Origin: Campylobacteraceae bacterium | GTDB lineage: Bacteria > Campylobacterota > Campylobacteria > Campylobacterales > Sulfurovaceae | DNA length: 55,019 nucleotides | Assembly (NCBI GenBank): GCA_026983875.1 | Contig: JALSTG010000089.1 | Location: 1-55,019, forward strand | Direction: 5' to 3' | In this document: in pieces, positions 10,650 to 18,679 of the stretch | Numbering within the stretch: position 1 is the stretch's first letter | How the letters are laid out: each line of letters opens with the position of its first letter | Made by a program: the position numbers and the translations under genes | Notes under the pieces: model-generated | The model's input: the letters and a program-made list of their open reading frames with translations, nothing else | The model's database searches: none | Told to the model about the DNA's origin: nothing

Positions 10650-10711
10650 AGTTACTCCTTTTCTCTTGCCGGTAAATCTTTTTGCATCTCTCCGGCTCAA
10701 GAGATGGCGTT

Positions 10712-10741
10712 ATGATAGCACATGGGGGAAATAAAAGTCAA
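10712..10741 (-). promoter_or_regulatory. Peroxiredoxin promoter (TTGACT-N18-TATCAT with extended TG)
   Basis: Minus strand TTGACT at 10741-10736 and tgcTATCAT ending at 10712. Confidence 0.55.
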
Positions 10742-10764
10742 GTATTTTTCTGTAAAAATAATAA

Positions 10765-11019
10765 TTATCCTTTAAATGTTTTGAAACTCCACTCCGCCAG
10801 CAAAAAGATATAGACGAGAAATACCACGGAAGTGGCAAAGGTCAGAAAGGCAACCTGATCGGGAACCCAGGCCCCCGGCACCGGCAAAGCCAAAAGCGGA
10901 ATCACGAGGAACTTGATCCCGGAGACAAAACCCTCCATCGGCTGCAGGAGATAGATCGAGAGCAGCACCGGGGAGCACTCGTCAAGGCGTTCGGCAAAGC
11001 GGCGTTTCCCCTTCCTCAC
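10765..11019 (-). CDS. Possible small hydrophobic hypothetical protein or gene remnant (start uncertain)
   Basis: Hydrophobic C-terminal segments (IKFLVIPLLALPV; VAFLTFATSVVFLVYIFLL); no clear SD. Confidence 0.3.
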   Translation of the reverse strand: MRKGKRRFAERLDECSPVLLSIYLLQPMEGFVSGIKFLVIPLLALPVPGAWVPDQVAFLTFATSVVFLVYIFLLAEWSFKTFKG

Positions 11020-11127
11020 GAATCTCCCAGGAGAATAAAAAGACAGATACCGGCCAGAGAGAGTGCGAGTTCCACTGAAAAGCTCCTGTGCTATAATCCC
11101 GGCCCAGATTGTATCCAAAGGAGTCCC

Positions 11128-11289
11128 ATGGCCGTCGCCGAAGATATCGGATGTCGCAACGAAAGCTGCATCAAACACAACGAATGCAACCGAGCAAAAA
11201 TCGCCAAAGAAGGGGAAGCCCGCGAAGTCAAAAGCTTCGGCGGCACCCCCGAGAAAGGCTGCGGGAAGTTTCTCCCCATCAAAGAGTAG
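11128..11289 (+). CDS. Small Cys-rich protein, 53 aa (below the ORF-track cutoff)
   Basis: TGcTATAAT at 11089-11097, AAAGGAG SD, then MAVAEDIGCRNESCIKHNECNRAKIAKEGEAREVKSFGGTPEKGCGKFLPIKE*. Confidence 0.8.
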   Translation: MAVAEDIGCRNESCIKHNECNRAKIAKEGEAREVKSFGGTPEKGCGKFLPIKE

Positions 11290-11345
11290 TTTTCATTGAC
11301 TTTTTAGGTGCGTTAGGCTAATATTGCACTCCTTTTTCAGGAAAC

Positions 11346-11422
11346 CGGAGTGTAGCGCAGCCTGGTAGCGCACCTGCTTTGGGAGCAGGGGGTCGAAGGT
11401 TCGAATCCTTTCACTCCGACCA
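11346..11422 (+). tRNA. tRNA-Pro(TGG)
   Basis: CGGAGTG/CACTCCG acceptor stem, anticodon TGG, CCA end. Confidence 0.97.
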
Positions 11423-11445
11423 TACTCCAGTCTCCTGGAATTGAT

Positions 11446-11523
11446 GGTGGGTATAGCTCAGTTGGTTAGAGCGCCAGATTGTGGCTCTGGAGGTCGTGGG
11501 TTCGAGACCCATTACCCACCCCA
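11446..11523 (+). tRNA. tRNA-His(GTG), with encoded G-1
   Basis: G-GTGGGTA/TACCCAC-C-CCA, anticodon GTG. Confidence 0.97.
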
Positions 11524-11550
11524 TCTTTCATCGACATCATACTTTCAAAC

Positions 11551-11627
11551 GCGCCAGTAGCTCAATTGGATAGAGCATCAGACTTCGGATCTGAGGGCTA
11601 GGGGTTCGACTCCTCTCTGGCGCACCA
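11551..11627 (+). tRNA. tRNA-Arg(TCG)
   Basis: Anticodon arm TCAGA-CT-TCG-GA-TCTGA, CCA end. Confidence 0.97.
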
Positions 11628-11637
11628 CCTTCCCAAT

Positions 11638-11714
11638 GCGCTCGTAGCTCAGCTGGATAGAGCACTCGCCTTCTAAGCGAGCGGTCTCAGGTTCGAATCC
11701 TGACGGGCGTACCA
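11638..11714 (+). tRNA. tRNA-Arg(TCT)
   Basis: Anticodon arm CTCGC-CT-TCT-AA-GCGAG, CCA end. Confidence 0.97.
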
Positions 11715-11722
11715 CCTGCCCC

Positions 11723-11805
11723 GCGGACGTGGTGGAATTGGTAGACACGCTGGATTTAGGATCCAGTGCTTCGGCGTGAGAGTTCGAGTCTCTCCGTCCG
11801 CACCA
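11723..11805 (+). tRNA. tRNA-Leu(TAG)
   Basis: Anticodon arm CTGGA-TT-TAG-GA-TCCAG, variable arm, CCA end. Confidence 0.97.
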
Positions 11806-11826
11806 TCACCTTCTCTTTTTAGTTGA

Positions 11827-12168
11827 TTACTCCATCTCCAGACTCATCAAATACATCTCTTCTCCGTCGACGATCGATGTTTCGAGACTTTCACAACGGG
11901 GACAGGCAAGATTGAGCTCTTCGAGGGTGCTCTCTTTTTTGCAGCGGCGGCAGTAGATCACGATCTTTTGCAGATGGATTACGAACTCTGCCTCCTCGCA
12001 GATCGTCCCCTCCTTGAAGGTATCGAAGGCCGTCTGCAGCAAGTCGGGTTCGACGCCGCTGAGGACGCCGATTTTAGTGACGACTTTGAGGATCTTTTTC
12101 GCGTCGTGGGCCGCGGCATGCTCTTCACACTGATCGAGGAGTGCCTGGACGATGGAGTATTCGTGCAT
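11827..12168 (-). CDS. hypA: Hydrogenase nickel metallochaperone HypA
   Basis: MHEYSIV start, CRRC and CPRC zinc motifs, GEEMYL. Confidence 0.96.
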   Translation of the reverse strand: MHEYSIVQALLDQCEEHAAAHDAKKILKVVTKIGVLSGVEPDLLQTAFDTFKEGTICEEAEFVIHLQKIVIYCRRCKKESTLEELNLACPRCESLETSIVDGEEMYLMSLEME

Positions 12169-13166
12169 CAGCAGATCCTGGGCAGCAGTTCGCCGGTGGG
12201 CAGCTCGAGAAAGCGGCTTGTGCCCCATTGGCTCTGCAAAACGACCCGGCCGGGGTAGCGATCGCCCACTTCGCCGATGACGGCGGCGGATTCGTTGCCT
12301 TCGAATCGGCGCAGCACCTCCAGGGCTCGGGGCGCCTCTTGGGGAGGAAGCGCCAGGAGGAAGGTGCCTTCGTTGGCCAGGGCCGTCGCCTCGAAGCCCA
12401 GCATTTCACAGATCCCCGCGACCTCGTCGCTGACGGGCAGGGCTCCTTCGTCGATGAGGGGGCAGACGGCGCTGGAAGCGGCCCATTCGTTGAGCGCGGC
12501 GGCGACGCCTCCTCGGGTGGCGTCGCGCATAGCGTGGGGGGTGATACCCGCTTCCAGCAGCGCCTCGACCATGGGCCAGAGCGATGCACAGTCGCTCTCG
12601 ACGGCACTGGAGAGTTCGATCCCCTCCCGCCCGGCGAAGATCGCTGCGCCGTGACGGCCGATATCCCGACTCACGAGGATCGCATCTCCTAGGCGGACGT
12701 TCGAAGCGCTGATACCCGGTACGAGGATCTCTCCGATACCGGAGGTATTGAGAAAGATCCCGTCCACGCTGCCTTTGGGGACCACTTTGGTATCCCCGGC
12801 GACGACCGACGCGCCGTTTCGAGCCAGCTCTCGGCTCAGGCTCTCCACGATACGCCGCAACTGTTCGATCTCGAAGCCCTCTTCGAGGATGACGCCTAGA
12901 GTGAGATACTTGGGCCGCGCTCCCATCATCGCCAGATCGTTGCAGGTGCCGCAGACGCTGAGCTTGCCGATGTCACCCCCGGGAAAAAAGAGCGGGCTGA
13001 CGGTGAAACTGTCGGTGGTGAAGGCGAGTCGCCCTCCCTCGATCACCGCCGCATCCTCGGCGCGCTCCAGGATTTCGTTGGCCAAGGGTTTGAAAAAGAG
13101 CTCGGAGATCAGATCCCGGTTCTCCTCTCCTCCGTTGCCCTGGGCCAGGGTGATACTTTCGTTCAT
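12168..13166 (-). CDS. hypE: Hydrogenase maturation carbamoyl dehydratase HypE
   Basis: FTTDSFTVSPLFFPGGDIGKL...C-terminal LPRIC. Confidence 0.98.
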   Translation of the reverse strand: MNESITLAQGNGGEENRDLISELFFKPLANEILERAEDAAVIEGGRLAFTTDSFTVSPLFFPGGDIGKLSVCGTCNDLAMMGARPKYLTLGVILEEGFEIEQLRRIVESLSRELARNGASVVAGDTKVVPKGSVDGIFLNTSGIGEILVPGISASNVRLGDAILVSRDIGRHGAAIFAGREGIELSSAVESDCASLWPMVEALLEAGITPHAMRDATRGGVAAALNEWAASSAVCPLIDEGALPVSDEVAGICEMLGFEATALANEGTFLLALPPQEAPRALEVLRRFEGNESAAVIGEVGDRYPGRVVLQSQWGTSRFLELPTGELLPRIC

Positions 13167-14335
13167 GCTTCGCTCCTTCGCGCTTCGTGGAGTAACTCTC
13201 CGTATTTATAGTAGGCGGCGCAGGCCCCCTCGCTGCTGACCATGCAACTGCCCAGAGGCGAGGAGGGTTTGCAAGCCTTGCCGAAGACTTTGCACTCATA
13301 GGGCTGGGCCATGCCCCGTAGGATTTCGCCGCAGATGCAGAGCTTGTGGTCGTCGATGGGCTCGTCGGGAAGGATCTCGGCATAGATCTTCTCCGCGTCG
13401 ATCTGGGCATACTCCTCTTTGAGCCGCAGGGCGCTGCGGGGGATCTCCCCCAGGCCCCGCCACCGGAAGTTTTCGCGACGCTCGAAATATTTCTCGATCA
13501 GGCGTTGGGCGGAGAGGTTGCCCTCCATGGTGACGCTGCGTTTGTACTGGATCTCCAGTTCGCTGCGCCCCTGGATGAACTGGCGCACCAGCATCAGCAC
13601 CCCCTCCATCACGTCCACCGGTTCGAATCCGCTGACGACCACGGGGCGGCCGTAACGCTCCGGGAAGGGACGGTAGATCTTGGCTCCGGCGATAACGCTG
13701 ACGTGGCTGGGGCCGATGAACGCGTCGATACGGCTCTTCTCTCCCGACTCTTGCGCTTCGCGTCGGTCGCCCAAGAGCATCTCCATGGGTTCGGGCACGG
13801 TGACGTGGTTGATGTGATAGAGCAGATTGTCGATGCCCGCTTTGCGCGCCTGCTCGATGAGCGCGGCGGTCATGGGGGTGGTGGTCTCGAAGCCGATGGC
13901 GAAATAGACCACCTTTTTGTCGGGATTTTCCCGGGCGATCTTGAGCAGGTCCAGAGGCGAATAGACGAAACGCACGTCCGCACCCCGGCTGCGGGCATCC
14001 TGGAGACTGCCCTTCGATCCCGGGACTTTGATCATGTCCCCCAGCGTCGCCAGGATCACCTCCGGTTGCATCGCCAGGGCGTAGGCGTGATCGATACGCT
14101 CCTTTGGCATGATGCAGACTGGGCAGCCCGGACCGTGGATGAAGCGGATCGACTCGGGCAGGAGCTGTTTGAGGCCGTATTTCATGATGGTGTGGGTATG
14201 GCCGCCGCAGACCTCCATGATGTTGATCGGCCGCTTGAGTCCGGCGGCCTCTCGATGGATCAGTTCCGAAAGAGCCTGGAGGGTCGCCGGGTCGCGGAAA
14301 CGCTCGTAAAGATCCCGCAGCTGAAGTTCGCGCAT
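13163..14335 (-). CDS. hypD: Hydrogenase maturation protein HypD
   Basis: MEVCGGHTH, GPGCPVC, GFETT, CMVSSEGACAAYY. Confidence 0.98.
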   Translation of the reverse strand: MRELQLRDLYERFRDPATLQALSELIHREAAGLKRPINIMEVCGGHTHTIMKYGLKQLLPESIRFIHGPGCPVCIMPKERIDHAYALAMQPEVILATLGDMIKVPGSKGSLQDARSRGADVRFVYSPLDLLKIARENPDKKVVYFAIGFETTTPMTAALIEQARKAGIDNLLYHINHVTVPEPMEMLLGDRREAQESGEKSRIDAFIGPSHVSVIAGAKIYRPFPERYGRPVVVSGFEPVDVMEGVLMLVRQFIQGRSELEIQYKRSVTMEGNLSAQRLIEKYFERRENFRWRGLGEIPRSALRLKEEYAQIDAEKIYAEILPDEPIDDHKLCICGEILRGMAQPYECKVFGKACKPSSPLGSCMVSSEGACAAYYKYGELLHEARRSEA

Positions 14336-14336
14336 C

Positions 14337-14618
14337 TCAGCCCCCTTCGCAACGATCGGCGTCGCGGATCGCCCGTTCCCGCTCCTCGGCGTCCATGAGC
14401 TCCAGGATCTCCCGGTAGGTTTCGATGGAGGCGAGGGCTTCCTCTTCGCTGATGATGTTCATGGCAAAGCCGATATGGATCAGCACGTAATCGCCGAGCT
14501 TGACCTCATCTTCGATGAAGTCGATGCCCACTTCCCGCTGCACGCCCATGGTATCCACGACGGCGGTGGCCTTTTCCTTGTCGATGCTGACGACTTTGCT
14601 GGGGATGGAGAGACACAT
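14337..14618 (-). CDS. hypC: Hydrogenase chaperone HypC
   Basis: MCLSIP N-terminus, GDYVLIHIGFA. Confidence 0.97.
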   Translation of the reverse strand: MCLSIPSKVVSIDKEKATAVVDTMGVQREVGIDFIEDEVKLGDYVLIHIGFAMNIISEEEALASIETYREILELMDAEERERAIRDADRCEGG

Positions 14619-14632
14619 GTTTCTTCCTTCTC

Positions 14633-15400
14633 TTATTGAAATTTTCGCTTGTACTCGATCCACTCGATCACTCGATCGATACTCTCGGGATCTTTGCTGC
14701 TGACTTCCAGGATGTCCACCCCGGGTTTGATGCGTCTGGCTTGCTCTTTTTCATGCTCGATGTCGTAGTCGAAATAGGGCAGCAGATCGGTTTTGGTGAT
14801 CAGCACCAGATCGGCCTGTCGAAACATCACCGGGTACTTCTCGATCTTGTCGCCCCCTTCGGGCACCGAGACCAGTACGATGTTCAGGTGGGTCCCTACG
14901 TCGTAGCTGGCGGGGCAGACCAGGTTGCCCACATTTTCGACGAAGCAGACCTCCAGGTCGTCAAGGGGCATTTCGTGCAATCCCTTGTGGACCATGAAGG
15001 CATCCAGGTGGCAGGCGCTGCCGGTGGTGATCTGATAGGCGGGGATGTCTCGCTCGCGAATCCGGTCGGCGTCGCGATTGGTCTCCAGGTCCCCTTCGAT
15101 CACGCCGAAACGAAAGGGCGCGCGCTCGGCCATCTGCTCCAGCAGCGTCGTCTTGCCACTGCCGGGACTGCTCATGAGGTTGATCGCCAGGACGCCGTGG
15201 GCATCGAAGTGGGCCCGGTTGTGGGCCGCTTCGTGGTCGTTTTTGTCCAGGATCTTGCTGATGACTTCGATGGTCTTGCTGTCGTTGAGCTGCGGGTTGT
15301 GATGCAGCGTTTCATGGGCGGCCTGATGGGTATGGCTGTGATGATCGTGGTCGTGATGATGGTGATGCTCGGTGATCGAACATCCGCAATCTTTACACAT
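14633..15400 (-). CDS. hypB: Hydrogenase nickel incorporation GTPase HypB
   Basis: MCKDCGC, His-rich tract, SSPGSGKTT, CHLDA, ENVGNLVCPA. Confidence 0.98.
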   Translation of the reverse strand: MCKDCGCSITEHHHHHDHDHHSHTHQAAHETLHHNPQLNDSKTIEVISKILDKNDHEAAHNRAHFDAHGVLAINLMSSPGSGKTTLLEQMAERAPFRFGVIEGDLETNRDADRIRERDIPAYQITTGSACHLDAFMVHKGLHEMPLDDLEVCFVENVGNLVCPASYDVGTHLNIVLVSVPEGGDKIEKYPVMFRQADLVLITKTDLLPYFDYDIEHEKEQARRIKPGVDILEVSSKDPESIDRVIEWIEYKRKFQ

Positions 15401-15421
15401 GGCTAGACTCCTTTGTCAAAT

Positions 15422-16189
15422 TTAGCTCCAGTCGTGGAGATGGTAGTGGCTGTGCTCCACCTCGCCGTGGCGATGGCGATGCCGATGCAGCAGATTCGCC
15501 TCCAGCAGCAAACGCTCGTCGGCCAGCAGCTCGGCAACGGGCCCGTCGTAGAGCAGGCGGTGATCTTCGCCCAGGACGAGGGCCCGATCCCCGAGCTCGG
15601 GGGCCAGAGAGAGGTTGTGAGTCGTCACCAGGGTCGTCGCCTCCTGCTCCTGCAAAAAGTCCACCAGCCAGCCGCTGCTGCGGGGATCCATGTTGGCCAT
15701 GGGCTCATCCAGCAGCAGGAGTCGGGGGCCTACGGCGAAGATCGCGGCGAAGGCGACCCGCTGCTTTTCGCCTCCGCTGAGCTTGAGGGGGGAGCGCTCC
15801 AGCAGATGGGCGATGCCGAAAAGCTCCGCGATGGCGCGCACCCTCTCGTCGACCGCTTCCGCGTCGATCTCCTGAAGACCGAAGGCGATCTCTTCGTAGA
15901 CGCTGGGGTTGAAGAGCATGGTATCGGGATTTTGAAAGAGAATCCCGATCTCCCTGCGCAGAGCTCGCTCTTGCTCCTTTTGCATCTTTCGAGTGACCTC
16001 TCGGCCCCGATAGCGGTAGCTTCCCACGACGGGAAACTCCAGCGCCGCCAGGATCTTGAGCAGGGTGCTTTTGCCGCAGCCGTTGACCCCCAGCAGCACG
16101 GCACGCTCCCCCTCCTCGAGGCGGAAGCTAAGATCTTGCAAAACCGGATGCTCTGCGTAAGAGAAGGCGACATGCTCAAGCTCGATCAA
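15422..16189 (-). CDS. ECF transporter ATPase (NikO/CbiO-like) with His-rich tail
   Basis: GVNGCGKST, FQNPD, LSGGEKQRVA, LLLDEP; tail HRHRHRHGEVEHSHYHLH. Confidence 0.92.
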   Translation of the reverse strand: MIELEHVAFSYAEHPVLQDLSFRLEEGERAVLLGVNGCGKSTLLKILAALEFPVVGSYRYRGREVTRKMQKEQERALRREIGILFQNPDTMLFNPSVYEEIAFGLQEIDAEAVDERVRAIAELFGIAHLLERSPLKLSGGEKQRVAFAAIFAVGPRLLLLDEPMANMDPRSSGWLVDFLQEQEATTLVTTHNLSLAPELGDRALVLGEDHRLLYDGPVAELLADERLLLEANLLHRHRHRHGEVEHSHYHLHDWS

Positions 16190-16739
16190 AGAATCCCCTC
16201 GCTTTCAGCGCCGCGGTGCGCTCGGTAGCGTTGTGCATCGATTTGACGGCGAAGTAGTGGAGCATCGCACGGAGAAAGTCGTAACGTTTGCGCTCTCTCA
16301 TGGGCTTGAGGGTGCGGCTTTTGAGCGCCAGCATGAAGTCCCGATAGCTTGCCCGATAGCTCTCGATCTGCGAAAGCGCCGCGGTATAGAGAAACTGCAG
16401 CGTCGGCGAAAAGGCGAAGACCCGGGAGAGATTGAGCGAGCGTACCGTATAGAGCGTCAAAAAGGTGACGACGAAGACCCGCAGATTGAGCGTCAGCAGG
16501 TAGCCCCAATCCACCGGCGGCATCCACAGCGCACGCAGGAGATAGGCCAGAGTGACGCCGAGAGTGAAGAAGATCTCGGCCAAAAGCGCCCTCTTTGCCA
16601 GAGCGGGATCGACGAGGAGAAAGAGCAGCGCCGAGAAAGCGAGCACCCTGAAATCATGCAGCGACACGAGGGCAAAGGCCAGCAAGAGATAGAAGAGGAA
16701 AAACCCCCGCTCCAGGCGTGAAAGAGTGCGTAGGCTCAT
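16176..16739 (-). CDS. ECF transporter transmembrane T component (NikQ/CbiQ-like)
   Basis: Hydrophobic N-terminal half, LKSR and LKARG coupling motifs; ATG 16739 overlaps the upstream stop. Confidence 0.85.
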   Translation of the reverse strand: MSLRTLSRLERGFFLFYLLLAFALVSLHDFRVLAFSALLFLLVDPALAKRALLAEIFFTLGVTLAYLLRALWMPPVDWGYLLTLNLRVFVVTFLTLYTVRSLNLSRVFAFSPTLQFLYTAALSQIESYRASYRDFMLALKSRTLKPMRERKRYDFLRAMLHYFAVKSMHNATERTAALKARGFFDRA

Positions 16740-17032
16740 GCGTCGCGCTTCCGGCTTCGGCTCATCAGCCAAAAGACCCCGTAGATCGCCGCCACGCCGA
16801 CCAGTGCGCTGAGGTAGTACCCCGCGACGCTGCTGAAGCCGTGAAGCGCATAATCCGGCAGAGGGGCGTGCCAATGCAGAGCGTTTTTGATCCCGTGGGG
16901 AATGTATCCCAGGGCCTTTTGGTAGTAGCTCTCTTCCCATTCGCCCCATGCCGAGGCGTCGGTGAGCAGTCCCAGGGGGGTCAGCAGCACCGCGGCGCCG
17001 AGCAGCATCCAGAGTCTTCTCTTTTTGTTCAT
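16736..17032 (-). CDS. Small ECF accessory membrane protein (NikN/PDGLE-like)
   Basis: MNKKRRLW...LLTPLGLL...AWGEW...APLPDY...YYLSALVGV; two TM segments; ATGA-coupled to the M subunit gene. Confidence 0.82.
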   Translation of the reverse strand: MNKKRRLWMLLGAAVLLTPLGLLTDASAWGEWEESYYQKALGYIPHGIKNALHWHAPLPDYALHGFSSVAGYYLSALVGVAAIYGVFWLMSRSRKRDA

Positions 17033-17685
17033 CGTGCCTCCTCGGCGAAGAGTTCGGGGTCCGTCTTTTTCAAAAAGGCGTAGCCCAGCTGAGTGAAGAT
17101 CCCCTCGACCACGCCGAAAAAGAGCAGATGCGCTCCCGTCAGCGCCGTGATCGTCGTCGTCAGGCCAAAGGGAAAATAGAGCGCTTTGCCTGCCGCATCG
17201 ACGGCGATATGGGGCTGAATCCCCAAAAAGATCGACGCCAGGAACGAAGCGGCCACGAGACCGAGCCAGCCGGCGAGGAACGGAGCGTAGCGGTAGCGCC
17301 GAAGCGCTTGAAAGGTCCACCAGGCGACGAAAGAGCCCGCCGCCGCCATATCCAGGGCGTTGGCGGCGAAGGTAGTGATCCCCCCGTCGCCGAAGAGCAG
17401 AGCCTGGATCAGCAGCGCCAGGGAGACGGCGACAAAGGCGATCCAGGGCCCGAAGAGGATCGCCAGCAGCGCCGCGCCTACGGCATGGCCGCTGGTGCCT
17501 CCCGGGATGGGGATGTTGAACATCATGATGACGAAGCTCAGGGCCGTCAGCGAAGCCAGCAGGGGTAGGCTCCGCTCGTCGAGACGCTCCCGGACCTTTT
17601 TGAACCCCACCGCCCAGAGAGGGACGGCGACGGCGTAGGCCGCCACGCAGGTGGCCGGAGAGAGGTATCCGTCGGGGATGTGCAT
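17029..17685 (-). CDS. ECF Ni/Co substrate-binding component (NikM/CbiM)
   Basis: MHIPDGYL N-terminus, GGTSGHAVG, LFGDGGIT. Confidence 0.95.
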   Translation of the reverse strand: MHIPDGYLSPATCVAAYAVAVPLWAVGFKKVRERLDERSLPLLASLTALSFVIMMFNIPIPGGTSGHAVGAALLAILFGPWIAFVAVSLALLIQALLFGDGGITTFAANALDMAAAGSFVAWWTFQALRRYRYAPFLAGWLGLVAASFLASIFLGIQPHIAVDAAGKALYFPFGLTTTITALTGAHLLFFGVVEGIFTQLGYAFLKKTDPELFAEEAR

Positions 17686-17717
17686 GAGTCGATCCTTTCT
17701 CTTCCCAAGATCATCGG

Positions 17718-17731
17718 TGAATGACTATTCA
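17718..17731. promoter_or_regulatory. Palindromic operator candidate TGAATGACTATTCA (copy 1), downstream of the minus-strand TATAAT at 17743-17748
   Basis: Exact reverse complement of the 14-mer at 28691-28704. Confidence 0.75.
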
Positions 17732-17769
17732 GTTTATCTTCAATTATACGGCGCTAAGATGATAAGAAG

Positions 17770-18486
17770 TTGAAAAAGAGGAGTTCTGCCATCGAAAACG
17801 GACCGGAAAGCCTATGGAGCCGATGCCTATGGTGCGGCGCGCCCCTCTATCGGCTGGGAGACGGACGGGTCAAATGCTCCGCCTGTGCCCGCCGCTATGC
17901 CCCGGCGAAGATCGGCCGCCGGCTCTGCCTGGCGGAGGCCTTTTGCCGCGATGAGAGCGCCCGAGGTGCGGCGAGGGGGTGCGGATGCTCGGTCCTGACG
18001 GCTCAGAAGGGCTACGCCGAGTTTCGCCGAGTGCTGCTGCCCTGGCTCGAAGCCCGCTACGAAGCCCACCGGCATCAGGTGCGCGAATACGACGAAGCCC
18101 TCTACCTCCCCGCCGCCAAACGCCGCAAGAGAGGCGCCATCTTCGATGCCCACAACTACCTGATCTTCGACTACGGCGCCGGGGTCTATACCCTGCTGAT
18201 GCCTTCGCTTGCGCGCTACAAGGAGCAGTTTCTCGCCGACGGGATGGAGGATCTCTACGCCCGGGAGTTCGCCCGCTTCCTGCGCCGCCACCGCGTCGCC
18301 CGCCTGGAGAGTATCGACAACACCCTCGATCGCTTCCGCTACTTCGTCGAAGCGCAGCTGCGCCGCTACCGGGGCATCCCTCCCGAGCAGTTCATCGACT
18401 ATCTCAAAGAGGCGGAATTCAAGTTCAATCTCTCCGATCCCTCGAGTCGCTACGAACTGCTGCGCACTCTTCTGCTGGAAGCGTAG
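17770..18486 (+). CDS. IS1595-family transposase-derived protein (zinc ribbon + HTH + degenerate DDE domain)
   Basis: CLWC...CSAC ribbon, HTH-like segment, EYDEALY, C-terminal YRGIPPEQFIDYLKEAEFKFN resembling the IS1595 yL.E..fRfN motif; start codon uncertain (TTG). Confidence 0.7.
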   Translation: MKKRSSAIENGPESLWSRCLWCGAPLYRLGDGRVKCSACARRYAPAKIGRRLCLAEAFCRDESARGAARGCGCSVLTAQKGYAEFRRVLLPWLEARYEAHRHQVREYDEALYLPAAKRRKRGAIFDAHNYLIFDYGAGVYTLLMPSLARYKEQFLADGMEDLYAREFARFLRRHRVARLESIDNTLDRFRYFVEAQLRRYRGIPPEQFIDYLKEAEFKFNLSDPSSRYELLRTLLLEA

Positions 18487-18605
18487 CAATGCCGTCAGAG
18501 CGTAAAAGATCGCCGGCTTCTTCGAGCTGTTTTTTAGGAGTCTTGTGGGTATTGTGGCTTGACGGCGATGAAGTCATCGCGGATGGGAACTGGCGGTAGG
18601 GGGTT

Positions 18606-18679
18606 TGATAACGTTGGAGCTCACTGGTTTTTTACGAAGCGCAGCGGAGTAAAAAATCCAATGCAGCGATTTGTTATGC
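18606..18679 (-). mobile_element. Integron attC site (74 bp)
   Basis: Minus strand GCATAAC-AAATC-GCTGCA-TTGGATTTTTTAC...GTAAAAAACCAG-TGAGC-TCCAAC-GTTATCA shows R''/L''/L'/R' boxes, two extrahelical bases, and the cassette-gene stop inside R''. Confidence 0.88.

Noticed and set aside
11020-11321. Overlapping 63-137 aa ORF-track calls in this interval
   Set aside because: The 53-aa ORF at 11128-11289 has a promoter, an SD and coherent motifs; the alternatives have none.
11346-11826. tRNA cluster as the attachment site of an integrated hydrogenase island
   Set aside because: No integrase and no duplicated tRNA 3' end were seen, and the hyp/hyd genes have host-like composition.
17732-17769. NikR box upstream of the Ni transporter
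   Set aside because: I could not match a convincing TRWYA-N15-TRWYA or GTATGA-N16-TCATAC dyad by eye.
17740-18600. Active IS1595 element
   Set aside because: No terminal inverted repeats or target-site duplication were found by eye and the DDE triad looks incomplete; reported instead as a derived protein.
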